From Squalus acanthias (taxonomy: Eukaryota), in assembly GCA_030390025.1 (NCBI GenBank), contig CM059438.1, forward strand, positions 53,756,001 to 53,820,000: a DNA stretch of 64,000 nt. Direction: 5' to 3'. Shown one piece after another: positions 57,401 to 64,000 of this stretch. The position numbers and the translations under genes were made by a program. Position 1 is the first letter of the stretch. Every line of letters begins with the position of its first letter. Under the pieces are notes generated by a model, which saw nothing but the letters and a program-made list of their open reading frames with translations, ran no database searches and was not told where the DNA came from.

Positions 57401-59905
57401 TGTGTGCAGTGTGAGTGTGTGCAGTGTGAGTGTGTGCGGTGTGAGTGTGTGTGCGGTGTGAGTGTGTGCGGTGTGAGTGTGTGTGCGGTGTGAGTGTGTG
57501 TGCGGTGTGAGTGTGTGCGCGGTGTGAGTGTGTGTGTGGTGTGAGTGTGTGTGCGGTGTGAGTGTGTGTGTGGTGTGAGTGTGTGCGGTGTGAGTGTGTG
57601 TGTGGTGTGAGTGTGTGCGGTGTGAGTGTGTGTGCGGTGTGAGTGTGTGCGGTGTGAGTGTGTGTGCGGTGTGAGTGTGTGTGTGGTGTGAGTGTGTGCG
57701 GTGTGAGTGTGTGTGCGGTGTGAGTGTGTGTGTGGTGTGAGTGTGTGCGGTGTGAGTGTGTGCGGTGTGAGTGTGTGCGGTGTGAGTGTGTGCGGTGTGA
57801 GTGTGTGCGGTGTGAGTGTGTGCGGTGTGAGTGTGTGTGCGGTGTGAGTGTGTGCGGTGTGAGTGTGTGTGCGGTGTGAGTGTGTGCGGTGTGAGTGTGT
57901 GCGGTGTGAGTGTGTGCGGTGTGAGTGTGTGCGGTGTGAGTGTGTGCGGTGTGAGTGTGTGCGGTGTGAGTGTGTGCGGTGTGAGTGTGTGTGCAGTGTG
58001 AGTGTGTGTGCGGTGTGAGTGTGTGCGGTGTGAGTGTGTGCGGTGTGAGTGTGTGCGGTGTGAGTGTGTGCGGTGTGAGTGTGTGCGGTGTGAGTGTGTG
58101 CGGTGTGAGTGTGTGTGTGGTGTGAGTGTGTGTGCGGTGTGAGTGTGTGTGCGGTGTGAGTGTGCGCGGTGTGAGTGTGTGTGTGGTGTGAGTGTGTGTG
58201 CGGTGTGAGTGTGCGGTGTGAGTGTGTGTGGTGTGAGTGTGTGTGCGGTGTGAGTGTGTGCGGTGTGAGTGTGTGTGCGGTGTGAGTGTGTGTGCGGTGT
58301 GAGTGTGTGTGCGGTGTGAGTGTGTGCGGTGTGAGTGTGTGCGGTGTGAGTGTGTGCGGTGTGAGTGTGTGCGGTGTGAGTGTGTGCGGTGTGAGTGTGT
58401 GTGCGGTGTGAGTGTGTGCGGTGTGAGTGTGAGTGTGCGGTGTGAGTGTGTGTGGTGTGAGTGTGTGTGCGGTGTGAGTGTGTGCGGTGTGAGTGTGTGT
58501 GTGCGGTGTGAGTGTGCGCAGTGTGAGTGTGCGGTATGAGTGTGTGCGGTGTGAGTGTGTGTGCGGTGTGAGTGTGTGGTGTGAGTGTGTGCGGTGTGAG
58601 TGTGTGTGCGGTGTGAGTGTGTGCGGTGTGAGTGTGTGCGCGGTGTGAGTGTGTGCGGTGTGAGTGTGTGTGCGGTGTGAGTGTGTGCGGTGTGAGTGTG
58701 TGTGCGGTGTGAGTGTGTGCGGTGTGAGTGTGTGCGGTGTGAGTGTGTGCGGTGTGAGTGTGTGTGCGGTGTGAGTGTGTGTGCGGTGTGAGTGTGTGCG
58801 GTGTGAGTGTGTGTGCGGTGTGAGTGTGTGTGCGGTGTGAGTGTGTGCGGTGTGAGTGTGTGCGGTGTGAGTGTGTGCGCGGTGTGAGTGTGTGCGGTGT
58901 GAGTGTGTGCGGTGTGAGTGTGTGCGGTGTGAGTGTGTGCGGTGTGAGTGTGCGCGGTGTGAGTGTGTGCGGTGTGAGTGTGTGCGCAGTGTGAGTGTGT
59001 GCAGTGTGAGTGTGTGCGGTGTGAGTGTGTGCGGTGTGAGTGTGTGCGCAGTGTAAGTGTGTGTGTGTGGTGTGAGTGTGTGTGCGGTGTGAGTGTGTGT
59101 GCGGTGTGAGTGTGCGCGGTGTGAGTGTGTGCGGTGTGAGTGTGTGCGCAGTGTAAGTGTGTGTGCGTGGTGTGAGTGTGTGCGCAGTGTGAGTGTGTGC
59201 GGTGTGAGTGTGTGCGGTGTGAGTGTGTGCGGTGTGAGCGTGTGTGCGGTGTGAGTGTGTGTGCGGTGTGAGTGTGTGCGGTGTGAGTGTGTGTGCGGTG
59301 TGAGTGTGTGCGGTGTGAGTGTGTGCGGTGTGAGCGTGTGTGGTGTGAGTGTGTGTGCGGTGTGAGTGTGTACGGTGTGAGTGTGTGTGCGGTGTGAGTG
59401 TGTGCGGTGTGAGTGTGTGTGCGGTGTGAGTGTGTGCGGTGTGAGTGTGTGCGGTGTGAGCGTGTGTGCGGTGTGAGTGTGTGTGCGGTGTGAGTGTGTG
59501 CGGTGTGAGTGTGTGTGCGGTGTGTGTGTGTGCGGTGTGAGTGTGTGTGCGGTGTGAGTGTGTGCGGTGTGAGTGTGTACGGTGTGAGCGTGTGTAGTGT
59601 GAGTGTGTGTGCGGTGAGTGTGTGTGCGGTGTGAGTGTGCGGTGTGAGTGTGTGTGCGGTGTGAGTGTGTGCGGTGTGAGTGTGTGCGGTGTGAGTGTTT
59701 GTGCGGTGTGAGTGTGTGTGCGGTGTGAGTGTGTGCGGTGTGAGTGTGTGTGCGGTGTGAGTGTGTGCGGTGTGAGTGTGTACGGTGTGAGCGTGTGTAG
59801 TGTGAGTGTGTGTGCGGTGTGAGTGTGTGCGGTGTGAGTGTGTGCCGTGTGAGTGTATGCGGTGTGAGTGTGTGCGGTGTGAGCGTGTGCGGTGTGAGCG
59901 TGTGC
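45498..59905. repeat. GT-rich satellite, block 3
   Basis: Same unit. Ends abruptly at ...GAGCGTGTGC|CAGGAG. Confidence 0.98.
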
Positions 59906-61849
59906 CAGGAGTATAGGCAGATCGTGATGTCAATCAGCGTGCAATGCTGATTTGATGTCAGCGCTGCCATTTTCGTCCTCAACGCTGGAAGTAACGCCCT
60001 GTGTTAACCTCGCACAAGTGTACATGCGTTCAGCAGCTGCAAGGACCCCCTGCTAGCAATATTTAACTACTCTCAGGCCAGTTACTGATTCATTTCTACT
60101 GGCTCTGTGTAAGTTTGAGGAAGTGTTTGGAGCTTTCTAGAGTTGTTTAAAGTTGGTGAGGTGACAGGGAGTGGTGCTGCAAGTGGAGAAGGCCTTGCTT
60201 CTGACTTCACGGGTTCTGGTCACACCACTTGCTCCCAGTCATGGGTGCTCTAGATGTCATCCCCCTTGACCTGCAGCATGACAGGGAGATGGAGCAGAGG
60301 CAGCAAAGAAGACAAGCTGCTCGCAGAGTGAGGAGGAGGAGGGGAAGAGAAGGGCTCTCAGCAGGAGGCCTTACCCACCTAGGGTCTGCTGAGAGCAATT
60401 CTCTTACCTCATCCTGAGCCAGGAGCACTGTGTGAGGTGTCTGCGCTTTACGAAGGAGGTGCTCACAGAATTCTGCCACCTCTTGCAACCAGACTTGCAG
60501 CCTCACATCAGGGCAAAGACAGTGCTGCCAGTGGCTGTGAAGGTGACCATGGTCCTGAATTTCTTCACATCGGGATCCTTCCGCACGACATCTGTAACAT
60601 CTCACAGTTCGCCGTCCACTGCTGCATAAGGGAGGTGAGTGAGGCTCTTTGTGCCAGGAGAGGGGACTTCATTGTCTTCTCTCTCACCAGAGAGAAACAG
60701 GCGGAGCAGGCAAAACAGGCTATGCCAGGATAGTGGGCTTCTCCATGGTTCCATTCGCCATCGACTGCACGTGGCTTTGCGGGCACCGTATCTAAATGCT
60801 GAGATGTACCGCAACCACAAAGGTTGAATGTGCAGTTGGTGTGCGACCATGCTCAGCACATCATGATGGTGAATGCCCGGCATCCTGGTAGCAGTCATGA
60901 TGCTTTTATTCTCTGTCAGTCCGCTGTTACCGCAGTCTTTGAGCCACCACGACAAACCAGAGGGTGGCTACTGGGCGACAAAAGGGCCATCCCTTGACCA
61001 CCTGGCTCATGACTCCACTCCACAACCCAACCACACATGGGCAGCATGCATACAATGAGAGCCATGCTGCTACACAGAATCTGATGGATCAGATCATTGG
61101 TGTCCTTAAACAACGCTTCCACTGCCTGGAATGCTCTGGAAGAGCCCTGCAGTACTCGCCAGAGCACATCGCAAGATTCGTTGTGGTCTGCTGCATGCTC
61201 CACAACCTCACCGTCATGAGAGCACAGCCCTTGCCACCAGACATACAGCGACCAGCTGAGGAGGAGGCAGAACAGAAGGAAGCGGAAGGGAGGAGGCAGC
61301 CCAGACAGCCCCGCTCTGCCCGGGCTGTCCGTGATCAACACATTCGACTGTGGTACGAGTGAACGCAACCCCAATTCCCCAATCAACAGTAGTCCCACAG
61401 CTTGCCATACCCCTGTTACTGATCATCACAGCGTCCTCTTGGCCACTATACTGAAATAAAAGCAACCATAAAAGAAATATTCCAATCCAACGTTATGCAT
61501 CAAGCCATCCAATATAACCTAACAAAGTCAACTAATCACCCTTGTACATTCCCTTAGTGCCTGTCTTCAGCGTGTGTTTGACTGTCCTAGTGCTCCCATG
61601 AAGTGCTACCCCAGTGGCTGCAGCATGGCTGGTGAAAGACTGCTGACTTTCAGTGGGGGAGACTGCAGATGGCCTTGCAGGACCACCTCGAGCACCTCTC
61701 GGCCTAGAAGGCCTGGCTGCGGACTGCACCCCTGCGGCATGGGTGGCAGCAGACTGGGCTGGGCTCGCTGACAGGCAACACCAAGGGAACTGGCGGTATG
61801 GCAGTGGTGTGAGGATGAATGCTGTTACCCTGAGAGAGGACAGCAGGTT
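59906..61849. mobile_element. Decayed PIF/Harbinger DNA transposon (no TIR visible; interrupted by CR1 on the right)
   Basis: Contains a transposase pseudogene on +, AATAAA at 61455-61460, and the end of a convergent minus-strand reading frame (..KTGTKGMYKGD*, 61532). This fits the two-gene Harbinger layout, although the partner gene assignment is tentative. Confidence 0.7.
60241..61362 (+). pseudogene. HARBI1-like (DDE_Tnp_4) Harbinger transposase, frameshifted and with stops
   Basis: Fragments in different frames: LRFTKEVLTEFCHLL, LPVAVKVT..LNFFTSGSF, ISQFAVHCCIREV, AIDCT, NVQLVCDH, PGSSHDAFIL, WLLGDK, YNESHAATQNLMDQIIGVLKQRFHCL, CCMLHN. Confidence 0.85.
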
Positions 61850-63912
61850 CATAAGAACATAAGAATTAGGAGCAGGAGTAGGCCTTATGGCCCTTCGAGC
61901 CTGCTCTGCCATTCAATAAGATCATGGCTGATCTTTGACCTCAACTCCACTTTCCCGCCCGATCCCCATATCCCTTGATTCCCCTAGAGTCCAAAAATCT
62001 ATCTATCTCAGCCTTGAATATACTCAACAACTGAGCATCCACAGCCTTCTGGGGCAGAGAATTCCAAAGATTCACAACCCTCTGAGTGAAAAAATTCCTC
62101 CTCATCTCAGTCTCAAATGGCCGACCCCTTATCCTGAGACTGTAACCCCTGGTTCTAGACTCTCCAGCCAGGGGAAACAACCTCAGCATCTATTCTGTCA
62201 ATCCCCCTCAGAATCTTATATGTTTCAATGTGATCACCTCTCATTCTTCTAAACTCCAGAGAGTATAGACCCATTCTACTCAATCTCTCCTCATAGGACA
62301 GCCCTCTCATCCCAGGAATCAATCTAGTGAACCTTCGTTGCACCCCCTCTAAGGCAAGTATATCCTTCCTTAAATAAGGAGATCAAAACTGTGCACAGTA
62401 CTCCAGGTGTGGTCTCACCAGAAGCCCTGTACAATTGTAGTAACACATCCTTACTCTTGTACTCCAACCCCCTTGCAATAAAGGCCAACATACCATTTGC
62501 CTTCCTAATTGCTTGCTGTACCTGCATGCTAACTTTCTGTGTTTCTTGCACGAGAACACCCAAATCTCTCTGAGCACCAACATTTAATAGTTTCTCACCA
62601 TTTAAAAAATATTGGGGGAAAAATTCAGCTGCTTGCGCCTCCCGTTAGCGCCTTAAGAGGGCGCTAATGGGGCGTAAAGCAGCTAACGCCCGGGCGCAGC
62701 GCCGCCCACGCCTCCCGAAAAATTCAGCGGGAGGTTAGCGGCGGCGGCAGCCGGTAGCGCCCTGTGGCGCTGCGCCGCCGGCGATGACGTCATCGCCGTG
62801 CGCAGCACCCCACTCGCGCCCCGGCCGTGATCTTCAGTCGCGCCCCCTGATTTACCGCCAGACGCTATGTCCGACGGGTTCAGGGAGGCGTACGTGCGGC
62901 CGGGGCGGCGATATTTAAAGGGGAGGTGGCAGGCGGCCATTTTTGTTGCTGGCCGCCTGCCAGCACCTGCCCCCGTTGCTGTCCCCGGCCCCCGTGAAGC
63001 CCCCCCACCGTGAAGTGCCAGCTGCGCGCCAAGAGCCCGGCACTTCTCTTGAGTGCCGGGCTCTTTTGCCGGCACTCCCGATCCCTGGGGGCCCAGCTGG
63101 GCCCCGGTTCGCGCTGCGCAGGGTCCCTCCCCTTTAAGAAGGGGAGGAAGGCCTGCAATACCGCGGCGCCGCACTGCGGCACGTAGCGCCAGGATATTCA
63201 CTCGCAGCGCCCCAAGAGGGATGCGGGGTGCTTCCAGTGGCGCCCCGCTTCCCTCTTGGGGCGCAACCACTGAAGTTCCGGCGCGGGGCCGCTAATTTTT
63301 TCGGGGCGCTAAAAGTCGCGCCCCGGCGAGGTTAGCGCCCCAAATGGGGCGCGACTCAATTTTTACCCCATTCTGTTTTTCTATTCTTCCTACCAAAGTG
63401 AATAACCTCACATTTCTCCACATTATACTCCATCTGTCACCTTATTGCCCAATCACTTAACCTGTCTATATCCCTTTACAGGCTCTTTGTATCCTCTTCA
63501 CAGATTACTTTCCCACCTTTGTATCGTCAGCAAACTTGGATACATTACACTCGGTCCCGTCATCTAAGTCATTAATGTAGATTGTAAATAGCTGAGGCCC
63601 AAGCACTGATCCTTGCGGCAGCCCACTAGTTACAGCCTGCCAACCTGAAAAAGATCCATTTATCCCTACTCTCTGTTTTCTGTCCATTAACCAATCCTCA
63701 ATCCATGCTAATATATTACCCCCAACCCCATGGGCCCTTATCTTGCGTAGCAACCCTTTATGAGCTACCTTATCGAATGACTTTTGGAAATCCAAATATA
63801 CCACTGGTTCCCCTTTATCTATCCTGCTAGTTACATCCTCAAAAAACTCTAATAAATTTGTCAAACACAATTTCCCTTTCAGAAAACCATGTTAACTCTG
63901 CCCAATAATATT
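61850..63912 (-). mobile_element. CR1 LINE (RT domain to 3' tail), degenerate, interrupted by MITEs
   Basis: Octamer tail (CATAAGAA)2 at 61850. ORF pieces [69 protein letters not shown]. Confidence 0.9.
62614..63369. mobile_element. GC-rich non-autonomous DNA transposon (MITE, probably Harbinger-type), 756 bp
   Basis: TIRs GGGGGAAAAATTCAG and (reverse complement) GGGGTAAAAATTGAG, with 3-bp TSD ATT (62611-62613 and 63370-63372). Removing it restores contiguous CR1 sequence AAAAATATTCTGTTTTTC. Confidence 0.85.
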
Positions 63913-64000
63913 GGCCCAAAAATTCGTGAGTGAGCCTTCGTGCGAGGGTAAGGCCTTCCCGCGATCTCTCACTGCGCGCTGGCTTTTTCAGTCCGAGCTC
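63913..64000. mobile_element. Left end of a second probable MITE, cut by the window end
   Basis: CR1 sequence stops at AATATT and is followed by GGCCCAAAAATTC, similar to the TIR of the 62614 element. Confidence 0.55.

Noticed and set aside
60241..61362. Host HARBI1 gene
   Set aside because: It is intronless with several frameshifts and stops, and is flanked by transposon sequence, so it is a decayed transposase.
62683..63295. 195-aa and other GC-rich ORFs, or a host CpG-island promoter
   Set aside because: They lie wholly within a TIR/TSD-bounded insertion, and long ORFs are expected at this GC content.

Overview
Eukaryotic genomic DNA, not prokaryotic. The SINE, CR1 and Harbinger repeat families and the 67-bp tandem repeat point to a cartilaginous fish (inference). 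The window holds three consecutive + strand coding exons of an SH2D4B-like gene (4875-5034, 6624-6771, 7474-7621) among SINE/LINE debris. The intron after the third exon runs more than 56 kb, past the window end. It opens at the splice donor itself with a ~52-kb region of 13-17-bp GT-rich satellite (GTGAGT(GT)nGCGGT), whose unit carries a consensus 5' splice site. Inside the array are two near-identical 4480-bp Ty3/Gypsy LTR retrotransposons (minus strand, single 1316-aa gag-pol ORF), which look like one insertion later duplicated in tandem. The element is unusual: no tRNA primer-binding site but a perfect 11-nt complement to its own LTR (candidate self-priming), a YLDN RT motif, and a duplicated PPT plus U3 start. 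The last 4 kb hold a decayed PIF/Harbinger transposon and a CR1 LINE with nested Harbinger-like MITEs. All identifications come from motif recognition by eye; no database searches were run.
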